NCBI RefSeq assembly: GCF_046119375.1 | Contig: NW_027362762.1 | Coordinates: 514,104,001 to 514,168,000 of the forward strand | Origin: Phyllobates terribilis | Lineage: Eukaryota | Direction of reading: 5' to 3' | DNA length: 64,000 nucleotides | In this document: positions 1 through 11,931 of the stretch, in pieces | Layout: each line of letters begins with the position of its first letter | Position numbering within the stretch: position 1 is the stretch's first letter | The notes under the pieces: generated by a model | Seen by the model: only the letters and a program-made list of their open reading frames with translations | Told to the model about the DNA's origin: nothing | Database searches by the model: none | Position numbers and translations under genes: made by a program

Positions 1-3000
1 TTACAGCCGCTAACAATGGCCAACTGATGGTGAAGGGGATCGTGTGGATGCAACTGAAAATGTTTGGTCAAGAGCTGGGTCAGAAAGGGATAGTGCTGGT
101 GGACCACCCTCCCAGAAGAGGGATGGAGGTGATGCTCGGAATGAACGTTCTGCGAGATTTAAATCATCAGATGTATGCCAGGGAGGGACCCCGATACTGG
201 GCAAGTGCTACCCACCATCGACCCACCCAGAGAATGTTACACCGTCTAGTGCTGAGTTGCGATCTCCTGAAGAGTACGGTCCCAGGGGGTCGGGTGGGCC
301 TGGTCCGAGTGCCATCGCGGACCACGATCTCGCTAGCGCCCCGGCATGAAGAACTCTTAATGTTACCGGTGGGGGCTGCACAGAGACTAAATGAGCTTGA
401 AGTACTCATCGAGCCAGCCCCAGAGAAGTCCTCGTTCGCCAAGGCGCATGTGGCCCGGTCTCTGGCGATTGTGAAGAATGGACGGGTGCCAGTCAGATGT
501 ATCAACGTTTTAGATGAGGCTGTTACAATTCCAGCTGGGACTATTCTGGCTGAACTGTTCGTGCCAGCAGGGAAGGTGCCTGATAAGACAGTGTTTGAGC
601 TTCGTTCAGATGAACAGTCTTCCTGGACATTCGCGGTTGAAGTAGGCCAGACCAAATCTCCTACCGAAGAATGGAATGGTCGTGTGATCATGGACCAGAT
701 GGGAGTGGATCGGGAGAAACTGACCCCTGTGCAATTGGAGAAGCTGGAGAAGGTCTTGTGGGAACATCAAGAGACCTTTTCGCGACATGCAGAGGATTTC
801 GGTTGTTCCCGGACGATTGAGCATGAGATTCCCACAGGGGATATTCCTCCTATTAGGGAACGTTATCGTCAAATCCCCCCAACACTCTATCAAGAGGTGA
901 GGCGCATGGTGGCCAGTATGCTTGACAACCAAGTGATCCGAGAAAGCCAGAGCCCCTGGGGGGCCCCTGTGGTCTTGGTGCGGAAGAAAGATGGGACCCT
1001 TCGGTTTTGTGTGGACTATCGCAAATTGAATGCTCACACGGTGAGGGACGTATATCCAGTACCTCGCATAGAAGAGTCTCTGTCGGCATTGGGTCGGGCC
1101 AAATATTTCTCGACGTTGGATTTAGCAAGTGGCTATTGGCAGGTACCAATGGCCGAAAAAGATCGAGCCAAGACGGCGTTTGTCCTACCAATGGGGCTCT
1201 TTGAATTCAACCGGATGCCCTTCGGGCTCACTAACGCCCCGGGAACTTTTCAGCACCTGATGGAACATTGCTTAGGTGATCTGAATTTTGAATCAGTCCT
1301 GATATACCTAGATGACATTGTGGTGTTCGGGGCCTCATTTGAAGACCATCTTGAGAAGTTACGTCAAGTTCTCCGGCGGCTCAGTTGTTATGGCCTAAAA
1401 ATAAAACCAAAGAAGTGCCAACTGTTACAGAGTCAGATTGAGTATCTAGGTCACGTGGTGACTCCGGACGGGGTTCTGCCTGTGACCAGTAAGGTCATGG
1501 TTGTGCAGGAGTGGCCACCCCCCCGTACCCTGCGAGAGGTTCGGGCCTTCTTAGGTTTAGCGGGGTACTATCGGCGATTTGTACCTAAGTTTTCACAAGT
1601 AGTGAGTCCCCTGAATGAGCTCTTAAGAGGGACGGCACAAGGCCCCAAAAATCGCCCCATCCCATGGGGACCCCAGCAACGAAAGGCATTTGAGGAGGTG
1701 AAGGCCGCCCTAACGAGTGCTCCGTTGTTAGCATATGCCCGGTTCGATTCCCCTTTCCTGTTATATACCGATGGCAGTCTGCATGGGCTGGGGGCGGTAC
1801 TAGCACAAGTGCAGGATGGTCAGGAGCGAGTAATCGCCTATGGCAGCAGGTCTTTGAGAGACACTGAACGCAACCCAGCTAACTACAGTTCATTTCGCCT
1901 AGAGCTACTGGCCCTGGTGTGGGCGATGACGGAACGCTTTGCCGAGTATTTAACGGGAGCTGAGGTGCTGGTCATGACTGATAATAACCCTCTGGCTCAT
2001 CTAGAAAACGCAAAGCTGGGAGCATTGCAGCAGCGGTGGGTCACTCGCCTTGCTAAGTTTAACTATCGAATTAAGTTTCGATCTGGGCGGGAAAAAGGAA
2101 ATGCGGATGCACTCTCGAGGGTGCCCCTTGGGTCCTCGGGGGAAAATGTTGATGACCAGCTGGAGGACACTGAAACCCCTGACTTGGGGCAGGTACCTAT
2201 CTTCCGAAGTGTGGTACATTCACGTGGGGTGGCGTCAGGGATGCCGTGTGTTCTGGGGAAAACACCCTCGGATTGGGCGAAGGACCAGAACGATTGCTCT
2301 GACATTGCACTAGTGCGCAGTTGGGTACCAAAAGGGGTCTGGCCGCGTGCAGAGGAAAAGGCCCAGCTGTCCGTGGAAGGAGTGAAACTACTGCGACAGT
2401 GGGATAACTTGTGCGTGGAACAGGGCCTCTTGTACCGTAAGGTGTACCTGCCATCTGAGCTGCTGCACCGGTACCAGCTAGTAATTCCTATGGGGGTGGG
2501 TCCGGTAGTCGCTCGTGAGGCGCATGAGAAAGGGGCCCACTTTGGGAGTGAAAAGACACTCCAGTGGCTACAGCGAGTCCTCTATTGTCCTGAATTGAGG
2601 GAGATGGTGACAGAGGCGTGTCGGCAGTGTCGGGTCTGTGGTCTCAGTAAGAGCCCTGAGCAGCCGGCGCCCAAGCAATCTATTAAGACTTCCGCTCCTT
2701 TAGAGCTGCTCATGATTGACTATGTCCTGATAGGATACTCAACGTCTGGGTATTCCTATTGCTTGGTAATGACAGACCACTTCACCAAGTATGCTGTAGC
2801 AGTGCCGACAAGAGATCAGACGGTGGAGTCGGCGGCTGAAGCCGTGTGTCGATATTTCATTCAGGTGTTTAGGTGTCCGCAAAGAATACACTCGGATCAA
2901 GGGGCATGTTTTCAGGGGGCATTGATGAAGGAGCTGTACCAGCTGTATGGTGTCGCACAGTCGAGAATGACACCTTACCATCCCCAAGGTAATGGAGCTT

Positions 3001-4058
3001 GTGAGCGCTTTAATCGGACTCTGTTGCAGATGTTGAGGACGTTGGAGGGTAAACAACAGGTACGCTGGCCTGAGTATCTTCCTGAATTGATGTGGGCCTA
3101 CAATAATAGAGTGCACAGCACTACTGGCTACTCACCACACATGTTGATGTTCGGGAGGCCAGGGCAGGACATTGAGGATTTGAGCATGCCAGATCCCTCC
3201 TCCAATCCCCCTCGGACCGCATCAGAATGGGTTCGGGAACACTGGCGGCGATTGAGGGTGGTGTGTCAGGTGGTGGGTGATCGACTCAGTCAGGTGACCC
3301 ATAGGGACACGCGCCCAGTGCAAACCGAGCCATTCTCCCCGGGGGATAGAGTGTTGGTGAGAATCAAACGACGGTTCGGAAAGCTGAGTGAACGGTGGGA
3401 GGCGACTCCGTACCTGGTAAAAAAACGACTGAGCCCTGAGATTCCAGTCTACGAGGTTGAACCGGTGGGGACAGGGGGACCATCCCGTAATCTTCATCGT
3501 AACATGCTACAACGGTGCTGGTTTAAAGATGCCGTCCCCGTTTCCCCGAAACCACAGGCCGTGTCCCGAGGGGTGGGCATCCCTAATACTCTCGAATTTG
3601 ATGGTGGGTCTGTCTCCGCCCCTGCTTACTTGCCCCCTGCGACCGATCTGTCCCCGTGTGGAGAGAGTATTGAGAATGTGGTATGTTCTTCGGAGAACGG
3701 GGAATCAGGTCAGTTACCTGATCCGTATGATGTGGCACCGGGCGCCACACCTCAGGAGGGAGCAGCCTCATTGGCTCCCGTTGAAGAGACTTCTGCTCCC
3801 TCGGGAGCCGAGCCTGTTGGGGTGGGTCTCAGGAGAACTACTCGAGCTACGGCGGGTATACCTCCACAACGCTATGCACAAGACGACTTTGAGTGGGGAG
3901 GTGTGTCGAGGATGCCAACCTCTAGTGGGGTGGCATGTGAGAGTGTGAAATGTGATAACAGCAGGAGAGCACTAGGATCCTGTGACTTTTGCCTGGCTGG
4001 GCTCAGAGGAGGGGCAGTGCTAGAAACTGTGTGTATTCTAAGAGCATCTGATGTGTAA
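1..4058 (+). CDS. pol: Ty3/Gypsy LTR retrotransposon pol polyprotein (protease-RT-RNase H-integrase), 5'-truncated by the window edge
   Basis: Stop-free ORF 27..4058 (1343 aa), frame open back to position 3 (TAANNGQL). Motifs in Gypsy order: protease C-terminal half (MLGMNVL), RT (LRFCVDYRKLN, LDLASGYWQV, MPFGLTNAP, YLDDIVVF), RNase H (LYTDGS, ELLALVWA, TDNNPL), integrase (H-H...CRQC, DHFTKY, HSDQG, ERFNRT) and a GPY/F-like segment (PGDRVLVR...WEATPY). Confidence 0.97.
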   Translation, partial: TAANNGQLMVKGIVWMQLKMFGQELGQKGIVLVDHPPRRGMEVMLGMNVLRDLNHQMYAREGPRYWASATHHRPTQRMLHRLVLSCDLLKSTVPGGRVGLVRVPSRTTISLAPRHEELLMLPVGAAQRLNELEVLIEPAPEKSSFAKAHVARSLAIVKNGRVPVRCINVLDEAVTIPAGTILAELFVPAGKVPDKTVFELRSDEQSSWTFAVEVGQTKSPTEEWNGRVIMDQMGVDREKLTPVQLEKLEKVLWEHQETFSRHAEDFGCSRTIEHEIPTGDIPPIRERYRQIPPTLYQEVRRMVASMLDNQVIRESQSPWGAPVVLVRKKDGTLRFCVDYRKLNAHTVRDVYPVPRIEESLSALGRAKYFSTLDLASGYWQVPMAEKDRAKTAFVLPMGLFEFNRMPFGLTNAPGTFQHLMEHCLGDLNFESVLIYLDDIVVFGASFEDHLEKLRQVLRRLSCYGLKIKPKKCQLLQSQIEYLGHVVTPDGVLPVTSKVMVVQEWPPPRTLREVRAFLGLAGYYRRFVPKFSQVVSPLNELLRGTAQGPKNRPIPWGPQQRKAFEEVKAALTSAPLLAYARFDSPFLLYTDGSLHGLGAVLAQVQDGQERVIAYGSRSLRDTERNPANYSSFRLELLALVWAMTERFAEYLTGAEVLVMTDNNPLAHLENAKLGALQQRWVTRLAKFNYRIKFRSGREKGNADALSRVPLGSSGENVDDQLEDTETPDLGQVPIFRSVVHSRGVASGMPCVLGKTPSDWAKDQNDCSDIALVRSWVPKGVWPRAEEKAQLSVEGVKLLRQWDNLCVEQGLLYRKVYLPSELLHRYQLVIPMGVGPVVAREAHEKGAHFGSEKTLQWLQRVLYCPELREMVTEACRQCRVCGLSKSPEQPAPKQSIKTSAPLELLMIDYVLIGYSTSGYSYCLVMTDHFTKYAVAVPTRDQTVESAAEAVCRYFIQVFRCPQRIHSDQGACFQGALMKELYQLYGVAQSRMTPYHPQGNGACERFNRTLLQMLRTLEGKQQVRWPEYLPELMWAYNNRVHSTTGYSPHMLMFGRPGQDIEDLSMPDPSSNPPRTASEWVREHWRRLRVVCQVVGDRLSQVTHRDTRPVQTEPFSPGDRVLVRIKRRFGKLSERWEATPYLVKKRLSPEIPVYEVEPVGTGGPSRNLHRNMLQRCWFKDAVPVSPKPQAVSRGVGIPNTLEFDGGSVSAPAYLPPATDLSPCGESIENVVCSSENGESGQLPDPYDVAPGATPQEGAASLAPVEETSAPSGAEPVGVGLRRTTRATAGIPPQRYAQDDFEWGGVSRMPTSSGVACESVKCDNSRRALGSCDFCLAGLRGGAVLETVCILRASDV

Positions 4059-4987
4059 GTCTAGACAGGAAGTCTGTGAAAAGGAGCTGCAATAAGACGC
4101 TGTCTTTACACTCTTCTGTGTGGAGTTTGTTTACCCCTATCTCTGTTTAAGGACAAGTGCTGAGCTGGGGAAGCTGTGTGGCTCTGTGGAGTTTTGTGGA
4201 AGTCCATGCTGAGTGGATTATAGACTTTGTGCAGGAGGAGTCACGTGTCGAGTGATGAAGGGACTGAGGAATCCATTTCTGTGACTGAGCATGCGGTTGG
4301 TGTACTGGATAACAGTGAGAGACTTCGGGAGGAAAGAAGGTTTCTGGTACCATTTCCACTGAGAGGATATTGACAAGACTTTGTGAAGAGATCTTCCCAG
4401 ACCTTAATCTGAGGCTACAGGACTAAAGTCCCCGGCGTGTGGGCTTGGCATCGGCCGACAAGACAAGGAATTTTTGCTGTTTTGTGAACTTTGTTTTTGT
4501 TTTGGCGCCAAAGTTTTCCGGGACTAGCTGCAGCCACCGTGATTCACAGGCCTGTGATAGACTGCATCTGAGGTTAACGGTACCATAACTTTAAGATATC
4601 CGGATATCCTGATAATAAGGGTATAAGAGCAATTGATATAATTTCATGCATTATTATTGTTCATAGTGGTAGGATTGTATGCAGTGTGCCATCTCAGGGG
4701 GTCCCCATAGACCGCCCTCACTAGACTGACACAGTGTTTAGGTAAAATTGTTCCAGATCTCTAGAATAATTCACACAAGCTGGAAACCTTGAGATTGGCA
4801 CATTGATTTCAGCTTTTGCTGATTGTGTGTATTTAGTAGAGACAGTGTCCCAGGCAGAACCTGAGACTGATTCATTCAATACTGAATTTTAGTCTAATCC
4901 CTGTTTTAGTAAAGAAAGTGTTGTTTATTTCTGTCTCTGTCTCAATTTGTGACTCACTGGATCTCTCTCGGACCTCCGGTCATTACA
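3904..4987 (+). mobile_element. 3' LTR of the Gypsy element (~1.08 kb)
   Basis: Purine-rich tract GAGTGGGGAGG (3891-3901) is followed by TGT at 3904 (or TG at 3902). The region ends GTCATTACA at 4987, with an AGTAAA polyA-like signal near 4910. The 5' LTR is outside the window, so the start is not confirmed by pairing. Confidence 0.65.
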
Positions 4988-5360
4988 TGGGACATCTGGA
5001 TAAATGATTGTCCGTCGAAGAAAAAGTGAGCACTGCCACGATTCCTGTGTCATTTGTAATGGCCAGCACTGGTTTAAAATAATAAACTTCCTCCCACATG
5101 CAGGGAAAAGGCCTCCTGTTTCTACATAGAGCTAAGATGGATTCAGCTAGTCAGGTTTTAATCACGTGATGTCATAGATATAATGGAAAACAGAAGAACT
5201 ATCTGGGTAGAAGAGCAAAATGAGCAATTGTACGTACACAGTGCTATATAATATGATGATTGCAATATATTAAGAGGATAAAAACTTTGATAGGAGTGCT
5301 ATTTTAATGTTGACCCATGTCAGCCATGAATAGTCTTTCCTCCTAACTTTTTCAAGATCA

Positions 5361-6649
5361 TGCGACGCCCTCCCTGGGAAATGGGGTTACTCGGAGCCGG
5401 GCCTCTTGCTGATGTTGAGGGGGGATGCAGTCGTGGCCTAGACCCGTTCCGTGCCCAGGGCTGTCACATAAAAATAATGGGCTTCTTTTAGGATGAGTGG
5501 TTTGCTCGACTACGTCACCTGTGGTGTCTGGTGAGGGCCACCAGCGCTGCTACAGTCCACTGAGGCTGGTGATATGGGCAGCTAGGATGGGATGGCTCCC
5601 CACAGGCGGAGCAGGCCTCAGGGCAGTGTGAGAAGGAATGGAATGGTGGGTGCAGTGCCGAGCGGGAAATAACAAGCTGAGGCGGTGCGTGAAGTCATCC
5701 AGTTCTTTACTCACGTTAGATGAACTTTAGCCGCAAAGCTTCCCTCTGCTCCTCGCAGCGTGCTGTGGCCACCAGGAAGGGGGTTCAGCACTTTCCAGAT
5801 AGATCAGGAGCACCTGTCGAGACCCCTCTGGTGTGTGTTTCTCTCCTAGGTATGTTCTCCCACTGAGTCTTCACTCGACTGTTTGTGTGGTTAGAACTAG
5901 GTGTAAGGCTGGGTCCCACTGGATAAACGCAGGTAGAGAGACACAGGTGGCGTATGCCGCTCCTTCCGTATCCCTCCTGGGATCCACTAAGCCTCCGGGC
6001 TTTTCTGACAGAGACTTAAAGTAATAAAGTCAGATATCGGGGGCCGGTCACCCCTCTTGCAGCAGGAGTCCCTCTGACTAGGCCAGAGTAAGAAATACAG
6101 GTGGCGTATGCCGCTCCGTCCGTATCCCCCTGGGATCCTTTTGCCGGTGGAGCTTGTCTCCTTTGCTCCCCTCCAGGCCTTCTTAGGTCAGGACCTTGAC
6201 CGGGTAGAGGCAGTGGTTAACTCAGACCTGCTCCTCGTCTCAAGGCCAGAGAACAAGGAGCGCGTATCTTCAGTCGGATGAGGCCTGTAGATGAACTCTG
6301 GTGGGTGACCACAATCAGAGACAGAGACCACTATCACTGATGAAGATCACAATCTTGAACTAAAGATGGCCGTTGGTTAAATATGGTGCTATTAGTGCAT
6401 CCTAAAAGTGTGTCCTCCACCCTCACCCACTACATGGTTCCCCCCTATCTTTGGTTCCCCCCATCTCCTCTATCCCGGGCTGGGGCAGCACCCTGGTGCA
6501 TCTAGGCCCCCTACAGGACAGGAGTGGTGTAGTGTTGAGTGTGAAGTAGGGTCCTGAGAGATGCTCCATCCTTACCTGGAAGAGGAGATACCACACCTCT
6601 AGCAGAGGTGCAGTACCCCTGTGGCGACTGAACCCTCAGGGGCGCCACA
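5361..6649 (-). mobile_element. Gypsy-type solo LTR
   Basis: Ends TGCGACGCCC...GGGGCGCCACA with a 4-bp TSD ATCA (5357-5360 and 6650-6653). Its right end resembles the elements ending at 22165 and 27654. No PBS or internal region adjacent. Strand inferred from TTTACTCAC (AGTAAA on minus). Confidence 0.75.
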
Positions 6650-7450
6650 ATCACCAAGGCCCCCCGACAAAACAAGGTCACATATATGTATGTGCTGTGA
6701 TCAAAAATTATGCTACACCCCTGAACACAAATCTGCACCACACCATTGATACATAATATGCCACTGTGCACCCAGCCATTGAAAAAGCAAATTAGCCAGC
6801 TATATGCTGCCCCATTAGATACAAATCAGCCAATTTAAAATATAAATTCATTACCCATTGTGTGCAGGCTATTGAATAAATAAATCCATAACCCACTGCC
6901 CCTCAATTAACCCCTTTACCCTCCCCCCCCCCAAGGTAGTTTGCACGTTGATGAGCAGGCAAATTTTTACAATTCTGACCACTGTGAATTTATGAGGTAA
7001 TTACTCTGGAACGCTTCAACGGACCCCACTGATTCTGAGATTGTTTTTTCGTGACATATTGTACTTCACGATAGTGGTAAAATTTCTTCGATATCACTTG
7101 CGTTTATTTGTGGAAATAAAACAAACGGAAATTTGGCAAACATTTTGAACATTTTGCAATTTTCAACATTTGAATTTTCATTTCCTTAAATCAGAGATAT
7201 ATGAAACACAAAATAGTTAATAAATAACATTTCCCCCATGACTACTTTACATCAGCACAATTTTGGAACCAACATTTTTTTTCTGTTAGGAAGTTATAAG
7301 AGTAAAAAGTTGACCAACGATTTCTCATTTTTCCAACAAAATTTACAAAACCATTTTTTTAGGGACCACATCATATTTGAAGTGACTTTGAGGGGTCTTT
7401 ATGACAGAAAATACCCAAAAGTGACACCATTCTAAAAACTGCACCCCTCA

Positions 7451-8384
7451 GGCTGTGTGCCCACTATGCGTTTTTTAAGCGTTTCCGCAGCGACAATTCC
7501 GCTGCAGAAACGCTTAAAAAACACTTGGTAGAAGGTCTGCCATGTTCCCCAATGATAATCCACATGTGCTGTGCACATGCTGCGGAAATTTCCGCTGCGG
7601 ATTATCATTGCGGAAAAATCCGCAGCACTACCAGTTATTCTGCGTAATCGCGGCATTTTCGCCGCCATTAACTTGCATTGAATCGCATAATATCCGCATG
7701 ACTACATGTGCACATGCGGATATTATGCGGTTCAATGTGCGGAAGGTACCCGGGTTTGGAGAAGAGGAGACTCTCCTCCAGACCCGGGTACCATAGTACC
7801 TGTAAAAAAAAAGAATTTAAAATAAAAAATAAATATTATACTTACCTTCTGATGGCCCCCGGTCTCCTTATCCGATGCGTCCGGTCTCCCCGGCAGCTTG
7901 TGATGGTCTAAAAGGACCTGCCATGATGTCATTTAGTCATGTGATGGGTCACGCGACCGCTGACGTCGGCGGTCGCGTGATCCGTCACATGACTAAATGA
8001 CATTATGGCAGGTTCTTTTACACAACCGCGAGACACCGGGGAGACCGGACGCATCGGATAAGGACACCGGGGCCATCAGAAGGTAAGCATAATATTTATT
8101 TTTTATTTTTTACCATTCTTTTACGGTCACACTATATAAATCCATGCCGGTTGCATGGATATATATAGTGTGACCAAGTTATCAAGCACTTTCCAAGTGA
8201 TGCTTAAATCGCTTGGAAAGCGCTTGACAACCCGCATGCGGAAATGCAAGTGAAAAACGCTTCACTTACGCTGGTCCCTGGCAGGAAAAACGCATGTACA
8301 ATCCGCATGCGTTTTTTTCTGCCAGGGAGATGCTGAAACGTTCAGGAAAAATCCAGAGCATTTCTGCATCGTGGGCACTTAGCT
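7451..8384. mobile_element. PIF/Harbinger-type MITE nested in the piggyBac-like element
   Basis: TIRs GGCTGTGTGCCCAC / GTGGGCACTTAGCT and 3-bp TSD TCA (7448-7450, 8385-8387). Removal restores CACCCCTCAAGGTGCTC. Same family as 63065..63909. Confidence 0.8.
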
Positions 8385-9275
8385 TCAAGGTGCTCAAAAC
8401 CACATTCAAGAAATTTATTAATCTTTCAGGTGATTCACAGGAATTTTTGGAATGTAGAAGGAAAAAATTAACATTTATTTTTTTTCACAAAAATATTACT
8501 TTAGACCCAAATTGTTTTATTTTCGCAATGGTAACAGGAAAAAATGGATCCCATAATTTGTTGTGCAATTTCTCCTGAGCACTCCGTTACCCCATATGTG
8601 GGAAAAAAACACTGTTTGGGCACATCGCAGGGCTCGGAAGGGAAGGAGCGCCATTTGACTTTTTGAATGTAAAATTTGTTTGAATAATTAGCGGATGCCA
8701 CGTCGCGTTTGGGGAGCCCCTGATGTGCCTAAACAGTGGAAACCCCTCACAAGTGACACCATTTTTTAAACTAAACCCTTCAGGAAACTTATCTAGGTGT
8801 GTGTGGTGAGCACCCTGAACCCCCAGATGCTTCACAGAAGTTTTATAAGGTTGAGCCGTGAAAATAAAAACAAAATCAAACTTTTTCCACAAAAAATATC
8901 TTTTAGCCCCATTTTTTATTTTCACAAGGGTAAGAGGAGAACATGGATCCCAAAAACTGTTGTGCAATTTCTCCTGAGTACGCCGATACCCCATATGTGG
9001 GGAAAATACACTGTTTGGGCACTCGGCAGGGTTCAGAAGGGAAGGAGCACTGTTTGACTTTTTGAACGCAAAATTGGCTGGAATCGAGAGTGGACGCCAT
9101 GTCGCATTTGGAGAGACCCTGATATGCCTAAACAGTGGAAACCCCCCACAAGTGACCCCATTTTGGAAACTACACCCCTCAAGGATTTTATCAAGGGGTA
9201 TAGTGAACATTTTGAATCGAGAGGTACGACACAGAATTTGATAACATTAGGTCATCATATTGAATAAGTTGTCAT

Positions 9276-9541
9276 TAGTCTTGAGCACAAGTGCTTGCTA
9301 CTTGAGTTTGTATCGGGTACTCTGTTATGCACCATGTATCGCGGATTAGACACCCAAAAAAAAAACATGCTGGGATCGCTCGTACATGGCAGGCAATCCA
9401 TGCGAGTTTTTTTTGGCTGTATAACAGCTGCAAAACACATGGGGTGGAGACTCGAGCATGTCACTCGAGCACCCGCGATACTCTGTGCATACCCAAGCAC
9501 CCGATGCAAACTCAAGTAGCGAGCACTTGCGCTCAACACTA
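9276..9541. mobile_element. hAT-type MITE
   Basis: Ends TAGTCTTGAGC / GCTCAACACTA, the same termini as the large hAT at 11391..23188. Long inverted arms. Flanking 8-mers GTTGTCAT / GTCATCAT match at 6 of 8. Confidence 0.7.
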
Positions 9542-11931
9542 GTCATCATATTGTAATTTTTTTCTTTACTTTTGAAAAAATCCCAATCCTAGCCCAAACC
9601 TAACCCTAGCACAATCCTAACCCTAGAGTTTATTTTTTCACATCTTTCGGGTCAGTGCGATTACAGCAATGCCAGATTCATAATGGGTTTTTATGATTGA
9701 CAGCTGTCACACACTAAAAAAAACTTTTTTTGCAAAGACTAGTTTTTGCATAGCCATATTTTAAGAGCTATAATTTTTCCATATTTCAGCCGACAGAGTC
9801 ATGTATGTGACTGCTTGTTTTTTGCGGGTCAAGTTGATGTTTTTATTAGTACCATTTTCGGGCACGTAACATTTTTTGATCACTTTCTATTCCGATTTTT
9901 GGGAGGCAGAATAAACAAAAACCAACAAATCAGGAATTGTTTTTGTTTTTGTTATGCCATTCCGCATGTGGTAAAATTGATAAGGCAGCTTTATTCTTTG
10001 GGTCAGTACGTTTACAGCGATACCACATTTATATTGTTTTTTACACAATAAAAACTATTTTATAGAAAAAATATTTTTTTTTTGTATCGCTTTATTCTGA
10101 GAGCTATAACTTTTTTTTATTTTTCGGCTGATGGAGCTGTATGGCGGCTTGTTTTTTGCGAGACAAGATGAAGTTTTCAGCCGTACCATTTTTATTTACA
10201 TTCGTCTTTTTGATTGCGTTTTATTACATTTTTTGTTTGGCGGGTGTTTTTTATTTTTTACCGTGTTAACTAGTGGGACATTTTTATAGGTCAGGTCGTT
10301 TCGGACGTGACAATCCCAAATGTGTGTACTTTTCTTTTTTTCATAATGTATTTATGGATACAGTATATTTTTATTTTTGGGGGGATTATTTTTTTATATT
10401 TTTACTATTTTTTTTTTTTTTTTTTTTTCACTTTCTGGCACTTTTTTTTATTTGTACACTATGTCCCACTATGGCACTTTCACTTTTTGCAGACTGATCG
10501 CTTATATAGCATAGAGATACAGCAGCATCTCTATGCTATATACTGGCTGTCAGAGCTGCATGCAGAAGTTACTTTGGTCGCGCACCGCGCATGACCAAAG
10601 TAACTTCCTGCCTCCTGGTGACCCGGATGTCGTCATGTTGACATCGGGTCACCATGACAACTACTGGAACCAGGCAGAGACAGCGCGGGACACTGGAGAG
10701 GAGGTAAGTAAGCAGCGCTTACCTCCCCTTGCTCCCAGAATGCTGCGATCGACTTCGATCGCAGCATTTTGGGGTTTAATGTGCTGGGAGTGGTGCAGAA
10801 CCGCTCTTTGCACATTGTCACAGCTGACACTCGGTACTATCAGCTGACACCCATCGGCGATCGCGCCCTCACAGAGGCTGTGCAGGCGAAATTTCCAGGG
10901 CGTACTAATACGTATCTGGCCCATAAGGCACAGATTAGTACGCCTAGGTGTTATTATTTTACTGGGGGAAAACATAGGGATTGAGAAGGCGTTGTCCGAG
11001 TAGTGGACAACCTCTAAGGATTAACTAATCTACTAGATTATTGTGATTAGTACAAGGGGTGGAAGTTTTAAAATGGTGTGATTTGTGGGGAGCATCTAAC
11101 AGATTGTACCCTCATACGGCATTTCAGAAATTAATTGACTCCTAAAAAATAAGTTTCTGAAAATGTAATCTCTCCAGTTATTACGATTTTGTAAATATAT
11201 ACAAGATGTAAAGTTAGGCTTAAAGGGGTATTCCCATCTCCAAGATCCTATCCCAATATGTAGTAGGTGTAATAATAATAATATTAGCAAATACCTCCAG
11301 TTACAAATGTAGTATAGTATTTTTGATTCATTGCAGGACCTTAGGTATCCATGGTTACATCCACTGATAAAGTGACAGTTAGTTAGCTAGTAGAGATGAG
11401 CGGTGTTCGACTCGAACTGTTCGCCAATCTCAAATTCGAGCTGTTTTGGGCGGTGTTCGAGCCGTTCGGCGAACACGAACAATTTGAAAAAAATTCGGCT
11501 GTTCGAGGTTATGTTCGATAACTGTTCGTGCACCAAAATCATAACTGGATTTTTTCTCAGTAATGCTGAAAATTAATGTTAATACACAGTTTGAGTGTAC
11601 AGCGGGGCGGGGGGAGGGGCAGGGGATGGATCTCTGCAGAAATAATGAAGATCTCCATTTTTTTTTCTCTTTCCCGCATTTACAGTGGGGAGGTGAAATC
11701 TGTCAGCCTATCAGCAGCGCACATACGGAGCGAACTGCTTTTTTTCACACAAGCAAGGGCATGTGTCATTGGCAGTGTATGTCACATGTCCTTGCCCTAT
11801 AAGACCCAGCCATTTTCCCCGTCGCCACCATTTTCTCACTGCTGCAGCTGCGTGTTAGACGGCACCGCTGTTGCTGTGTGCGCTATACTTTGTTAATTTC
11901 AAGCCAATTTTCGCACAAATCTACAGATAGC

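Larger units (their letters stand above)
6911..10930. mobile_element. Large non-autonomous TTAA/CCCCTT (piggyBac-like) element with internal direct repeats
   Basis: Starts TTAA-CCCCTT at 6907-6916. The block GTGACACCATT...AAACT-CACCCCTCA recurs near 7420, 8750 and 9155. The right-end region resembles the fragment ending AAGGGG-TTAA at 53886. The right terminus is degenerate and approximate; no transposase ORF. Confidence 0.55.

Noticed and set aside
167-3497. Several antisense and alternate-frame ORFs over Gypsy pol
   Set aside because: Shadow ORFs of a GC-balanced coding region with no independent motifs.
8587-9210. 207-aa ORF in the piggyBac-like element
   Set aside because: It translates the internal direct repeats (repeated peptide) and has no piggyBac DDD motifs.
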